Made by a program: the position numbers and the translations under genes. Source: Candidatus Omnitrophota bacterium (GTDB lineage Bacteria; Omnitrophota; Gorgyraeia; Zapsychrales; Zapsychraceae). From it: a stretch of DNA of 64,000 nucleotides. How positions within the stretch are numbered: the first letter of the stretch is position 1; every line of letters begins with the position of its first letter. The notes beneath the pieces were generated by a model. It was given only the letters and a program-made list of their open reading frames with translations, did not search any database and had not been told where the DNA came from. The stretch covers positions 40,536 through 104,535 of the forward strand of contig JADFYJ010000003.1 in the NCBI GenBank assembly GCA_015233115.1, in the 5' to 3' direction. Of this stretch, positions 27,169-38,084 are shown piece after piece.

Positions 27169-29778
27169 TCACCGCGTCGGGGAGTTTTGGTCCACCGACG
27201 CGGTGGTTTTTAACTCGTTTATTAAGTTTAAAGCTTCGATCGGCGTTAAATTATTCACGTCGATGCTGTCCAGTTTATCCATAATGGCTTGCGATTTATG
27301 GTCTGGCGCAGGTGTTGTGAACAGGGTTAGCTGTTCTTGCCCACAACGCGCGTTTCTTAAGCTTTCCTTGAGATCTTGCTTTAACTCCAGTTTGGTTAAA
27401 ATAGTTTTCGCGCGATCAATGATGGTTTTAGGGATGCCAGCCAGTTTCGCGACGTATATTCCATAACTATCGTCTGTACTGCCGGGCACGATTTTGTGTA
27501 AAAAGATAATTTCTTCATCCCATTCTTTGACTGCCACATTGTAATTTTTTACGCCAGAATGTTCATCAGCCAAAGCCGTCAGCTCATGAAAATGGGTGGC
27601 AAATAAAGTACGTACTTTGGCGCGTTGTAGATGTTCAGCTAACGCCCAGGCCAGGCTTAATCCGTCATACGTGCTGGTGCCGCGGCCAATTTCGTCGAGA
27701 ATGACCAAACTGCGGTCGGATAAATTGTGCAATATATCCGCGGCTTCATTCATTTCCACCATAAAAGTGCTTTGTCCTTTGGAAATATCGTCGTGCGCGC
27801 CAATGCGGGTAAAAAATTTATCAATGATGCCGATATGAGATTTTTTAGCCGGGATATAGCTTCCGGCCTGCGCCATGATGGCGAGAATCGCGGTTTGGCG
27901 GATGTACGTAGATTTGCCGGACATATTAGGGCCGGTTAAAATGATGAGTTGATTGTCCTCACGATCGAGCAGGGTGTCATTCGCGATAAAGGTGTCAGAC
28001 AAGTGTTTTTCGACCACCGGGTGCCTGCCTTCTTCAAGCGAGAGGGTAAAATCATCACTGATTTCCGGGCAGGTATAGCCGTGATTTTGCGCGAGCGCGG
28101 TTAAAGAATATATCGCGTCAATTGAAGCAATATTTTGGCACAAATCATGCAGCACCAAAGAATGCCGCAGGATTTCTTGTTGAATTTCTTTGATAATGGT
28201 ATTTTCAATGGCTAGAATTTTATCTTGCGCTGTCAGAATTTTTTCTTCGTATTCTTTTAATTCTTGGGTAATATACCGCTCACCATTGACCAGGGTTTGT
28301 TTGCGGATGTAATGCGAGGGAACAGACGCCAGATTGGTTTTGGTGATCTCAATGTAATAGCCGAACACTTTATTAAATCCGACCTTAAGGGAATTTATGC
28401 CTGACCGCTTGATTTCATCTTCTTGAAATTTTTTAAGCCAGGCGTGGCCGTTATTCTGTATGTTCTTAAGATCATCGAGTTCCGCGTTAACCCCGGTACA
28501 AATAACTTTGCCTTCGGGTTTTGCCAAAGGGATGTCATCGTTAATCGTTTGAACCAGCTTTTCGCGTAGATCAGCAATGTCGGTCAAAGTAAAAAGAATA
28601 TTATCTTGTATTAGTTGGGACAAGAGGATCGCCATGTCCGGAATCAAAGCGAGAGTGTTGCGGATGGCTAATAGATCTTTGGGGTGTGAATAGCCACAGC
28701 TTAAGCGGGAAATATTTTTTTCCAAATCAGGAATTTTATCCAGGAAAATTTTTAAAGACGGCAGAATTTTTGAATTGTTTTTTAACAAAGTCACCGCAGA
28801 CAAACGCTGTTCAATCCGGTCTTTATTTTTTAATGGATGAAAAAGCCAAAACCATAATTTACGTTTACCCAGAGCCGTGCGGGTGTTATCAATAGCTTGG
28901 AAGACCTGGTCGAGCTCTAGTCCGCGCTGGGCAGCAGGAGAAATGAACGCGAATTCTTCATCCGTATACAGGGAAATCCGGTCGATGTGATGCAGTGGTT
29001 GTTTGTTCATCTCCTTAAGATATTGCAGTAAAGCTCCGACTGCGCCGACACAGAGCAGTTTATTTTCTAGGCCAAATCCGTGTAAGTTTAAAACTTTAAA
29101 ATGTTCGATGATGGTTTTGCGGCTGATTTCCGGGTTAAAACTCCATGTTCCATAAGGACTTAAGGTTATAGCCTTGGAACGCAGCAGGGGGGATTTGAGT
29201 AAAGTCTTGAAATGATCCGCATCATGGTCTGGAAACACACATTCATATATAGGTAAGCGGCAAAGAATTTGGATCAGCTGATTTTCATTTAAAAGTAATT
29301 CTTGTGTTTGGATGGTTCCATTGACCGGATCAGTAAAGGCCAAGCCATAAGCTTTTTTATCGCGCCATACAGCGAGGATATACCGTGTGGCATCGTCTGT
29401 TTCATCCAAATATGTCCCTGAGGTGATCACGCGGATAATGTCCCGTTTAACAATACCTTTGGCTAAAGCCGGATCTTCTAATTGTTCACAGATTGCGATT
29501 TTAAAGCCGGCTTTAACTAACCGGGCAATGTAACTTTCACTGGCGTGATGAGGAAAGCCGCACATGGGGACGTGGTTGGCAGACCCTTTTCCCCGGGATG
29601 TTAAGACTAGATCCAGGACGCGGGATACGGTTTTAGCGTCATCAAAAAACATCTCATAAAAATCACCGAGCCGGAAAAATAAAATACAATCGCGGTGCTG
29701 GGATTTAATTGAATGATATTGCCGCAGCATAGGCGTCATACTTGTTTCATCGGAAGGTATTATTTCTGCCGGATTCAT
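27169..29778 (-). CDS. mutS: DNA mismatch repair protein MutS
   Basis: Walker A GPNMSGKSTYIRQ. 869 aa. Confidence 0.95.
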   Translation of the reverse strand: MNPAEIIPSDETSMTPMLRQYHSIKSQHRDCILFFRLGDFYEMFFDDAKTVSRVLDLVLTSRGKGSANHVPMCGFPHHASESYIARLVKAGFKIAICEQLEDPALAKGIVKRDIIRVITSGTYLDETDDATRYILAVWRDKKAYGLAFTDPVNGTIQTQELLLNENQLIQILCRLPIYECVFPDHDADHFKTLLKSPLLRSKAITLSPYGTWSFNPEISRKTIIEHFKVLNLHGFGLENKLLCVGAVGALLQYLKEMNKQPLHHIDRISLYTDEEFAFISPAAQRGLELDQVFQAIDNTRTALGKRKLWFWLFHPLKNKDRIEQRLSAVTLLKNNSKILPSLKIFLDKIPDLEKNISRLSCGYSHPKDLLAIRNTLALIPDMAILLSQLIQDNILFTLTDIADLREKLVQTINDDIPLAKPEGKVICTGVNAELDDLKNIQNNGHAWLKKFQEDEIKRSGINSLKVGFNKVFGYYIEITKTNLASVPSHYIRKQTLVNGERYITQELKEYEEKILTAQDKILAIENTIIKEIQQEILRHSLVLHDLCQNIASIDAIYSLTALAQNHGYTCPEISDDFTLSLEEGRHPVVEKHLSDTFIANDTLLDREDNQLIILTGPNMSGKSTYIRQTAILAIMAQAGSYIPAKKSHIGIIDKFFTRIGAHDDISKGQSTFMVEMNEAADILHNLSDRSLVILDEIGRGTSTYDGLSLAWALAEHLQRAKVRTLFATHFHELTALADEHSGVKNYNVAVKEWDEEIIFLHKIVPGSTDDSYGIYVAKLAGIPKTIIDRAKTILTKLELKQDLKESLRNARCGQEQLTLFTTPAPDHKSQAIMDKLDSIDVNNLTPIEALNLINELKTTASVDQNSPTR
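27170..27205. repeat. CACCGCGTCGG...CCGACGCGGTG palindrome inside the last 12 codons of mutS (related copy forms the leuS terminator)
   Basis: 11-bp arms. Encodes TTASVDQNSPTR on the minus strand. Confidence 0.6.
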
Positions 29779-29920
29779 AAGAAAATAGTTATAGCATAAA
29801 AGTAAAGGTCTTAAAAGGAAAAGTCATGTGGTAAAAAAATGCTTAGTAAGAAACCGTTTTCCCATTAGGCCCTTTAGCCCCTTGTTTCCCCTCTTTTCAT
29901 AAGATATATTTTATATTAGG

Positions 29921-30763
29921 TTGTTAAATGGAGTACCGGTAATGGAGGGGGATATGAAAATACATAAAATATTGATCATGATTGGCTTTTTATTCGCGGG
30001 AATTTATCCGGCCCAAGCGGCTTTGGAAACCACCACGGATACTTTTCAATTTATTGAGAACACCCGCGCCGTGGCAGACGTGTATCTAAGCCTGGCTATC
30101 TGCGCATATAAGAAAAAAAATTATGTTTCGGCAAAGGAAGAATGCGAAAAAGCGTTAAGAGTGGATCCGAATAATTGTAAGGCCATTGACTTAATGAATA
30201 AACTTGCGTCGAAATCAGGAAGGATTCCTGATCGTAAGATTTTGCAAAGTCAAGTTGAGGAATATCAAAAACAAATTTTGGATTTAAAAATGGAAAAGGC
30301 GTCCTTAGAGGCAGAGTACAGTCGGAAGTTGCAAAAGTCTCAGATGCTGGCTAAACAGAATAAACAAACAGCTGACCGTTACGGCCAAGATATGGAAGCA
30401 TTAAAAAATCGTTTTAATACGAACGTCGCGGAGTCAGTTAAATATCAAGCCCAGTTGTCAGAATTAAACACAAAACAATTGGCGCTTAACAGTACAAAAG
30501 ATCAAGTGTTTTATACCAAGAATGAAGTGTTTGCCGCGGTAGATAATTATGCTTTGGTTCAAAATAACAAGTTACAAGAAATTGGAGATGTGACTCTGGC
30601 GAGCGCTGCGTCTTTGCAAAAAAACGCGGACAATATTGAGGAGCAGAAAAAAATTATTGATGAGCTTTCGCAACAATTGGATACGTACAAGAAAAATATA
30701 GAGGAGCAGAGGAAAATTTTGTTCCGTCAAACCCATCGATTTGAACTGATGGAGGTTAAATGA
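29921..30763 (+). CDS. Secreted coiled-coil protein with a TPR-like segment, hypothetical
   Basis: Signal peptide ILIMIGFLFAGIYPAQA. Long coiled-coil region. Confidence 0.45.
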   Translation: MLNGVPVMEGDMKIHKILIMIGFLFAGIYPAQAALETTTDTFQFIENTRAVADVYLSLAICAYKKKNYVSAKEECEKALRVDPNNCKAIDLMNKLASKSGRIPDRKILQSQVEEYQKQILDLKMEKASLEAEYSRKLQKSQMLAKQNKQTADRYGQDMEALKNRFNTNVAESVKYQAQLSELNTKQLALNSTKDQVFYTKNEVFAAVDNYALVQNNKLQEIGDVTLASAASLQKNADNIEEQKKIIDELSQQLDTYKKNIEEQRKILFRQTHRFELMEVK

Positions 30764-30805
30764 TTTTTTGTTGTTAAAATATGATAAGCCGTGTAAAATT
30801 TTTGC

Positions 30806-32404
30806 ATGAGAAAAATTTATTCCGTTTGGGGGTCTGGTCTTTTATTCTTAATTGTGATCGGTGCCTTATTTTATAAATCGCTTTTTTTTGGTTTAACCTA
30901 TCTTGACGACCAGGTTTGGACCTTGGATTACCAATGGTTTTTAGTTAATTGGCTCAACGCGGTTAAATTTTTTACCAAACCAGATTTTATTTCTCCATGT
31001 TTTTACCGTCCGTTTTTAGATCTTTCCTTTATGATCGAAGCTCATCTGGGTCATTTTCAAATTTGGGTATACCATTTTACCAATATTTTATTGCATTTTT
31101 TGGGGACCTGTTTCGCGTACAAATTTTTTGAACATTTTTTAAAAGATAAAAAACCGGCTTTGATTTTGGCTTTGGTTTTTGCCGTTCATCCGGTGTTAAG
31201 TTTAGCAGCCGCTTGGATTCCTGGGCGGACAGATTCTATATTGGCGGTATTTGCGTTGCCCGCATTTTTATGTTTTGTCAATTACCTGGATCAAAGAAAA
31301 AAAATATTATGGATTGGTTATGTGTTGCTGACTGCGGGCGCTTTTTTGTGTAAGGAAACAGCCTTGGTTTTACCGGTTATGTGTATTTTGTACTTGTTGA
31401 TCTATAAAAAAGAGTGGGGTTTTAAAAATTATACGGGCTTGTGGATTTTTTGGGGTTTAGGGATCACGGGTTTCTTAATTTTACGAAAATCGATTCTGGC
31501 TTTGCCGGCCAGCACGATTTCATGGGACCGTTTATTCACGTCGTTTTTTCAAAATTTACCGACTCTTATTTTAGGCTGGGGCAAGGCTTTTTTTCCGGTC
31601 AACGTGTCAGTTTTACCAACGCTGGGAGATTCTTCATTAGGAATAGGAATCGCAGCCTTAACAGTTATGATTGTGTTGCTGCTGGTGACCAAACAAAAAG
31701 TGTGGCCGAATATAATATTTGGCGGAATATGGTTTGTGTTTTTTTTATTGCCGTCTTTAATTTTGAGTTTTATTGAACATGAATATCGTCTTTATTTATC
31801 ATTATTGGGCTTTATTTTAATTTTAGCTCAGACGGATATTTTCAGATGGAGCATGCAGGGCCGGAGAGTTTGGCTTTGGGCGCTTATTATTATCGCTTTG
31901 GCAGGTAAGAGTTTTTATCATATAGACCATGTGCGGAACCGGTTGGAATTTTGGAAAACAGCGGTTATTAATTCTCCGCATTCCCCTCTGGCGCATCGTA
32001 ATTTAGCGGCCATGTATTTTTTGGATAAAGATTTAGATCGGGCAGAAGTAGAGTTTAAAAAAGCCGCGGATTTAAATTTTCAAGAACCAATGGTCCACAA
32101 TAATCTCGGACTTATTGATATGAACCGAGGGCGCTTCACGGAAGCAGAGAAAGAATATTTATTAGAAATTAAATTTAATCCGGCTTATGGGAATGCATAT
32201 TACAATTATGGTTTATTAAAATTTATGCAAAAGCAATATGCCGACAGCGCCAAGCTTTTCGAACAAGCTGTTTATTATGATCCCAAACATGTGGACGCGG
32301 TAAAAATGTTGATTCAGTATTATCACTTTTCTAACGATGCAACACGGGCTCAATACTGGGAAGAATATTTGCGGCGCAATGGGGTAACCCTAAGTACGAA
32401 TTAG
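30806..32404 (+). CDS. Polytopic membrane protein with C-terminal TPR repeats (GT-C glycosyltransferase-like, PMT/ArnT-type architecture)
   Basis: About 11 TM helices followed by TPR repeats (NLAAMYFLDKDLDRAEVEFKKA...). Confidence 0.5.
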   Translation: MRKIYSVWGSGLLFLIVIGALFYKSLFFGLTYLDDQVWTLDYQWFLVNWLNAVKFFTKPDFISPCFYRPFLDLSFMIEAHLGHFQIWVYHFTNILLHFLGTCFAYKFFEHFLKDKKPALILALVFAVHPVLSLAAAWIPGRTDSILAVFALPAFLCFVNYLDQRKKILWIGYVLLTAGAFLCKETALVLPVMCILYLLIYKKEWGFKNYTGLWIFWGLGITGFLILRKSILALPASTISWDRLFTSFFQNLPTLILGWGKAFFPVNVSVLPTLGDSSLGIGIAALTVMIVLLLVTKQKVWPNIIFGGIWFVFFLLPSLILSFIEHEYRLYLSLLGFILILAQTDIFRWSMQGRRVWLWALIIIALAGKSFYHIDHVRNRLEFWKTAVINSPHSPLAHRNLAAMYFLDKDLDRAEVEFKKAADLNFQEPMVHNNLGLIDMNRGRFTEAEKEYLLEIKFNPAYGNAYYNYGLLKFMQKQYADSAKLFEQAVYYDPKHVDAVKMLIQYYHFSNDATRAQYWEEYLRRNGVTLSTN

Positions 32405-32423
32405 AAAACAGAAATTAGGGGAG

Positions 32424-32451
32424 TATGTCGTGCGTAGTATGTGGTATGTGG
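32424..32451 (+). repeat. Heptamer tandem repeat (TATGTCG TGCGTAG TATGTGG TATGTGG)
   Basis: Lies 20 nt after the stop of the preceding gene. Confidence 0.6.
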
Positions 32452-32610
32452 TTGTTGAAAATTTTCACCCTTTGGGTGAAGAAAAATTTTTATTCGGAAT
32501 TGGGGGGGGAAGTTTTTTAAAAAATTGGTGCCGGCTAGCATTATTTTGGGATATAATAATAAAATTCAGATAAATTCCCGCAAGTCAGGCACTCATTTAT
32601 AGGAGGCAGT

Positions 32611-33012
32611 ATGGCTAACTTAATAGCGCCCAGGAAAGTGCTTTTTAACGTCAATAAATATCAACAAATTTTGTTTTATCCCACCATATTGGTGTTTATG
32701 ATCGGGTGCATGATGGCGTGGCTGTGTTTGATGTATTTTATGCTAACGGATTATCTGGCTAATCCAGGGCTGGGGCAGATTCACCGTTTGATTCCTTATA
32801 TGTTGGTTATTTTGGCTGCGGCATTAATTTTGGTGATTATATGGCAGAGTAAATTATCCAATCGCGTGGTAGGGGCTTTTGGACGAGTGGTTAGGGAAAT
32901 GGATGAAGTGATTGAAGGAAAAAGGCCAGGACCGATCATGGTCCGGGAACGTGATGAAATGTTTTATGAAATTGTGAAGCGGGTTAATTTGCTGATCGAT
33001 AAGAAGAAATGA
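32611..33012 (+). CDS. Membrane protein, hypothetical
   Basis: Two TM helices. SD AGGAGG. Confidence 0.45.
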   Translation: MANLIAPRKVLFNVNKYQQILFYPTILVFMIGCMMAWLCLMYFMLTDYLANPGLGQIHRLIPYMLVILAAALILVIIWQSKLSNRVVGAFGRVVREMDEVIEGKRPGPIMVRERDEMFYEIVKRVNLLIDKKK

Positions 33013-33024
33013 AAGCGAGGCAAT

Positions 33025-34428
33025 ATGATGGGGCGGGGACTTTATAATTTTTTAATTTTAGGATTGATTTTATTAACCACAAATGTTTATGCCGAAAAAA
33101 TTTTATTTAAAGACGGCAAAGAAAAAATCGGCTTGATCACGGAGCGGAAAGCTGATTCTGTCCGGATCGATGTGGATAATTTGGGTGTACCCATCACGTA
33201 TTATTTGGATGAAATTGACAAAATTCTGGATGATAATGGCAAACAAATTTATGGCGGGGCGAGTGTGGCTAAACCGGCCGCTAAAGTGAATGAACTGAAG
33301 GGCACAGAAACGAAAGTGTCTCCTGCGCAAATGCCGGATGGGCCATATAAAATATATTACGATAGCGGCAAATTGAAACAATCGGTTGGCATTAAGAACG
33401 GCAAGCGCGTGGGCTTGTTTCAGGAATACTTTGAAAGCGGAAAATTAAAGGTGGAGGTAGAGTATAAAGACGATGTGCGGGTCAGTGATTATAAGGAATA
33501 TTTTGAAGACGGAAAATTGGCATATAAAGAGCAGTATAAAAATGGATTGGTCGACGGATTGATGCAGGAATATTATCCCAGTGGTAATTTGATGAGGGAG
33601 GTTAATTTCCAAAATAATTTGCGTAACGGGCTGGCGCGGGAATACTCGGATAAGGGAAAACCCGCCGTGGATGTTACTTTTGTGAATGATGTCCGGGAAG
33701 GGCCATACGCGGAATACGACGAAAATGGCAGCAAAGTCGTGGAGGGAATTTATAAAAACGGAAAAAAAGAAGGATTATATAAATATTATTCCAAGGACGG
33801 AAAGTTGTTCGCGGAAGCCATATATGCCGCGAATAAACAAAATGGGGCATACAAAGAATATTACCCCAATGGTCAATTAAGTGTGGAGTTAAATTTTAAA
33901 GATGGTTTGAAGACTGGGCCATTTCAAGAGTTTGATGAGAAAGGCCAGGTGACCTTTAAAGGGAATTATGTTAAAGATCAAGTCGACGGATTAGTTTCGG
34001 AATTCAAGGACGGTGTTTTAGTTAAAGAAACAACTTATGAGAATAGCAAGAAAAATGGGGCATATAAAGAATTCTACAATGGAAAAAAAGTAAAATCGCA
34101 AATCATATTTAAGGATGATGTCCGTGCGGGTTATCAGGAATTTTATGAAGATGGGAAACTGCAATATGATGAAAAATATGTGGATGGAAAAGTCAGCGGG
34201 ATAGTTAAAGAATATTATCCTAACGGCCAGCTTTTAAGAGATCTGACCTACGTCGAAGGAAAGAAAGACGGGATTTATACTGAATATTCTCCAGAAGGCA
34301 AAGTGTTAGTCGAAATCACCTTTAAGCAGGATCAGGAAGTGGACCGGAAAGTCCATAACGAAAATTTACCGGCTGGAACAGCAGAAAAACCAGAGCTACC
34401 AGCTTCTGATGTCTTGCCCCAAAAATGA
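33025..34428 (+). CDS. Secreted MORN-repeat-variant protein
   Basis: Many repeats of Y.EY..nGkL...y.nG...G. Confidence 0.6.
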   Translation: MMGRGLYNFLILGLILLTTNVYAEKILFKDGKEKIGLITERKADSVRIDVDNLGVPITYYLDEIDKILDDNGKQIYGGASVAKPAAKVNELKGTETKVSPAQMPDGPYKIYYDSGKLKQSVGIKNGKRVGLFQEYFESGKLKVEVEYKDDVRVSDYKEYFEDGKLAYKEQYKNGLVDGLMQEYYPSGNLMREVNFQNNLRNGLAREYSDKGKPAVDVTFVNDVREGPYAEYDENGSKVVEGIYKNGKKEGLYKYYSKDGKLFAEAIYAANKQNGAYKEYYPNGQLSVELNFKDGLKTGPFQEFDEKGQVTFKGNYVKDQVDGLVSEFKDGVLVKETTYENSKKNGAYKEFYNGKKVKSQIIFKDDVRAGYQEFYEDGKLQYDEKYVDGKVSGIVKEYYPNGQLLRDLTYVEGKKDGIYTEYSPEGKVLVEITFKQDQEVDRKVHNENLPAGTAEKPELPASDVLPQK

Positions 34429-34551
34429 TATTGTTTGATGCTAAAATAGTGTCCTAGTTTGTCTGGCAGTGTCTACTTGACAATGGTAAAATTATTAGGT
34501 ATCTTTATCATTCAACTTTTGAATTAAATAATAATATGTAAGGAGAAACAG

Positions 34552-35157
34552 ATGAAAAAATTATTGTTATCAGTATTAGCAGGAATTGCGGTGAGTGTGT
34601 TCAGCGCAGGCGTTGCGCATGCCACGGTTATTAATTTTAATGATCTAGAGCAGGCAGGGACAGGGTACCAGGATATGTCTACCTATTCCAATAGCGGATT
34701 TACATTTACAAGTAGTGTTGGGGCTAGCAGCATTGCTTTTGCCAGTGCACAACAAAGCGCCCCGTTTTATTTTGGCTCGGCTAATTTGTTAAATAATTTG
34801 GATGGGCAAGTGACAGCTCTGGCTTTTGTAGACGGTGCTTTTACTGTCAATTCGATGGATGTGCATGGCTTGTATGATAAGGGACAAGCGCTTGATTTTT
34901 ATGCTTATTCGGGCAGTTCACAGGTAGGACATTTAAGCTATGTTATACCTGATTTAAATTGGGAGACTGTAAATTTCGGTTCAGATTTTCAAAATATCAC
35001 GTCATTACAATGGGCGCAAAATTCGCCATATCATGCGTTCGACAACATTGTTTTAAATGGTGGTTCTCCGACCAATGCTGTCCCTGAACCCGCGACCATG
35101 GCTTTGTTAGGCAGTGGTTTAGTGGGTATGTTTTTTAGACGTAAAAATAGAGCTTAA
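34552..35157 (+). CDS. PEP-CTERM sorting-domain protein (exosortase substrate)
   Basis: Signal peptide. C-terminus VPEPATMALLGSGLVGMFFRRKNRA. Confidence 0.8.
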   Translation: MKKLLLSVLAGIAVSVFSAGVAHATVINFNDLEQAGTGYQDMSTYSNSGFTFTSSVGASSIAFASAQQSAPFYFGSANLLNNLDGQVTALAFVDGAFTVNSMDVHGLYDKGQALDFYAYSGSSQVGHLSYVIPDLNWETVNFGSDFQNITSLQWAQNSPYHAFDNIVLNGGSPTNAVPEPATMALLGSGLVGMFFRRKNRA

Positions 35158-35173
35158 TAAATAGTTTAAAAAG

Positions 35174-35220
35174 AAACAGGCGCCGATTTTTAATTAAAAA
35201 ATGGTGCCTGTTTTTTTTTA
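35174..35220 (+). terminator. Rho-independent terminator
   Basis: Stem AAACAGGCGCC..GGTGCCTGTTT followed by T9. Confidence 0.65.
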
Positions 35221-35325
35221 TTATAGATCAGCGTGGGTTTACTTACTTATCGGAAATTTATTGGCATTTTATCGGCCATTTGGGTAAAATATTATTTTCT
35301 ATCAAGCAACCCTGAAGGAGGCCGC

Positions 35326-36764
<1,439 letters not shown>

Positions 36765-36784
36765 AATAAAAATTCCTAATGATT

Positions 36785-36976
36785 TTAGTCGGTAATGGAC
36801 AAATAATCAATTTTTTCCATTTCTGATAAAATTTCTAAAGATATCTGAGCAGTGGCGCGGGACTCTAAGGCTAATTTTTTCTCGAGTGCGCGTCTGGGGG
36901 ATATGTGAATGGTTTTAACCATGCGGTCAGTTTTTTGTAAAATTTTTTTATCGAGCTTTAAAGATAAATTTTTCAT
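36785..36976 (-). CDS. Small hypothetical protein (possibly a ribbon-helix-helix type)
   Basis: 63-aa ORF from the track with no strong signals. Confidence 0.25.
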   Translation of the reverse strand: MKNLSLKLDKKILQKTDRMVKTIHISPRRALEKKLALESRATAQISLEILSEMEKIDYLSITD

Positions 36977-37028
36977 AAATGACTGCCCCCTTTAATATTA
37001 CTAAAATATATCCCAAGGGATTTTTTTG

Positions 37029-37976
37029 TCAAGAGGTTAAGCGTCCCATCAATTGGAACGCCTTTTTTTCAAATTTCGAAAAAGCGAACCATTTTTTGCC
37101 TAAATCTTTCAACGATGCGCCGATGTGATAGACGTCCTTGTTATCTAATATCAAAAATCTATCATGTGCATTTTTGAATTCTTTAATTTCTATAGGCGGA
37201 TATTGCGCGTTGTATTTTTTAACGTCTAAAGCTAGTTGTGGAAAAATTTTGTTTGTAAAGATTGTGACTGCAACGTTCTTGTTTCTTTTTGCGAGGACAT
37301 TAAGGACGGAATCATCAATATAATTGTCTATGATCACAATTGATTTTTTTGCGCTGCGGATAAGATCAGACACGAATTTATAAGCATCAAAAACCTGCCC
37401 ATCGAAAAATATGCCTTTTTGAGGAATAATTTCTTTTTGCTCGATCGCGTCAAACACCCGCTTAAATTTTTCATCAGACTCGGATTTGAATTCGATTTGT
37501 TTTTTCTCAATACTATCCAGCCGGTGAAATAACTGGCCGTTCACAAGAAGAAACCTGCGCATAGCGACAAAAGCCCGCATAATTTGGATATTAACTTCAA
37601 TGGCTCTGTCGCTAGTGAGGACAGCTGATACTGCAGCGACGCCTTGCTCTGTGAAGGCATACGGTAAAGATCCTCCTAAGTATTGTTTTGAAGGTATCGC
37701 ATTTTGCGACACCATACTTTCGACCTCTTGTTCCGTTAATTGAAACATGAAATCAGAAGGGAAGCGTTTTATGTTTCTTTTGGCTTGTTCTCTTAAACGG
37801 ACAGGTTTCACCAAATAAAATTCTGCCAAATCTCTGTCTAACATTACTTGTAGTCCGCGTATTGTATAAATTTTGTTTTGAATAAAATCGGGTTTTAATA
37901 CTTCATTGTCTATCATTAGTATTAACCTTTCTAAGGTCGCATTTTGCGACCATAAAGAACTATTCTTTAAGATCAC
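37029..37976 (-). CDS. ORF6N-domain (KilA-N-like DNA-binding) protein with an uncharacterised C-terminal domain
   Basis: IRGLQVMLDRDLAEFY...KRNIKRFPSDFMFQLT...LPYAFTEQGVAAVSAVL. Confidence 0.6.
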   Translation of the reverse strand: MILKNSSLWSQNATLERLILMIDNEVLKPDFIQNKIYTIRGLQVMLDRDLAEFYLVKPVRLREQAKRNIKRFPSDFMFQLTEQEVESMVSQNAIPSKQYLGGSLPYAFTEQGVAAVSAVLTSDRAIEVNIQIMRAFVAMRRFLLVNGQLFHRLDSIEKKQIEFKSESDEKFKRVFDAIEQKEIIPQKGIFFDGQVFDAYKFVSDLIRSAKKSIVIIDNYIDDSVLNVLAKRNKNVAVTIFTNKIFPQLALDVKKYNAQYPPIEIKEFKNAHDRFLILDNKDVYHIGASLKDLGKKWFAFSKFEKKAFQLMGRLTS

Positions 37977-38084
37977 AAATTGTGACCTTAAAGAAGCAGT
38001 TACTTTTTTTAATTTTTAAATCATTTTAAAAAAGAAAGACGTCTCCCTTCACCCCGCCCTCTCCCCAGAGGTAGGAGAGGGATA

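Noticed and set aside
38040-38081. Hairpin CCCTCTCC...GGAGAGGG downstream of comM as a terminator
   Set aside because: The stem is good but the T-tract on the minus strand is about 20 nt away. Too weak to call a terminator confidently.
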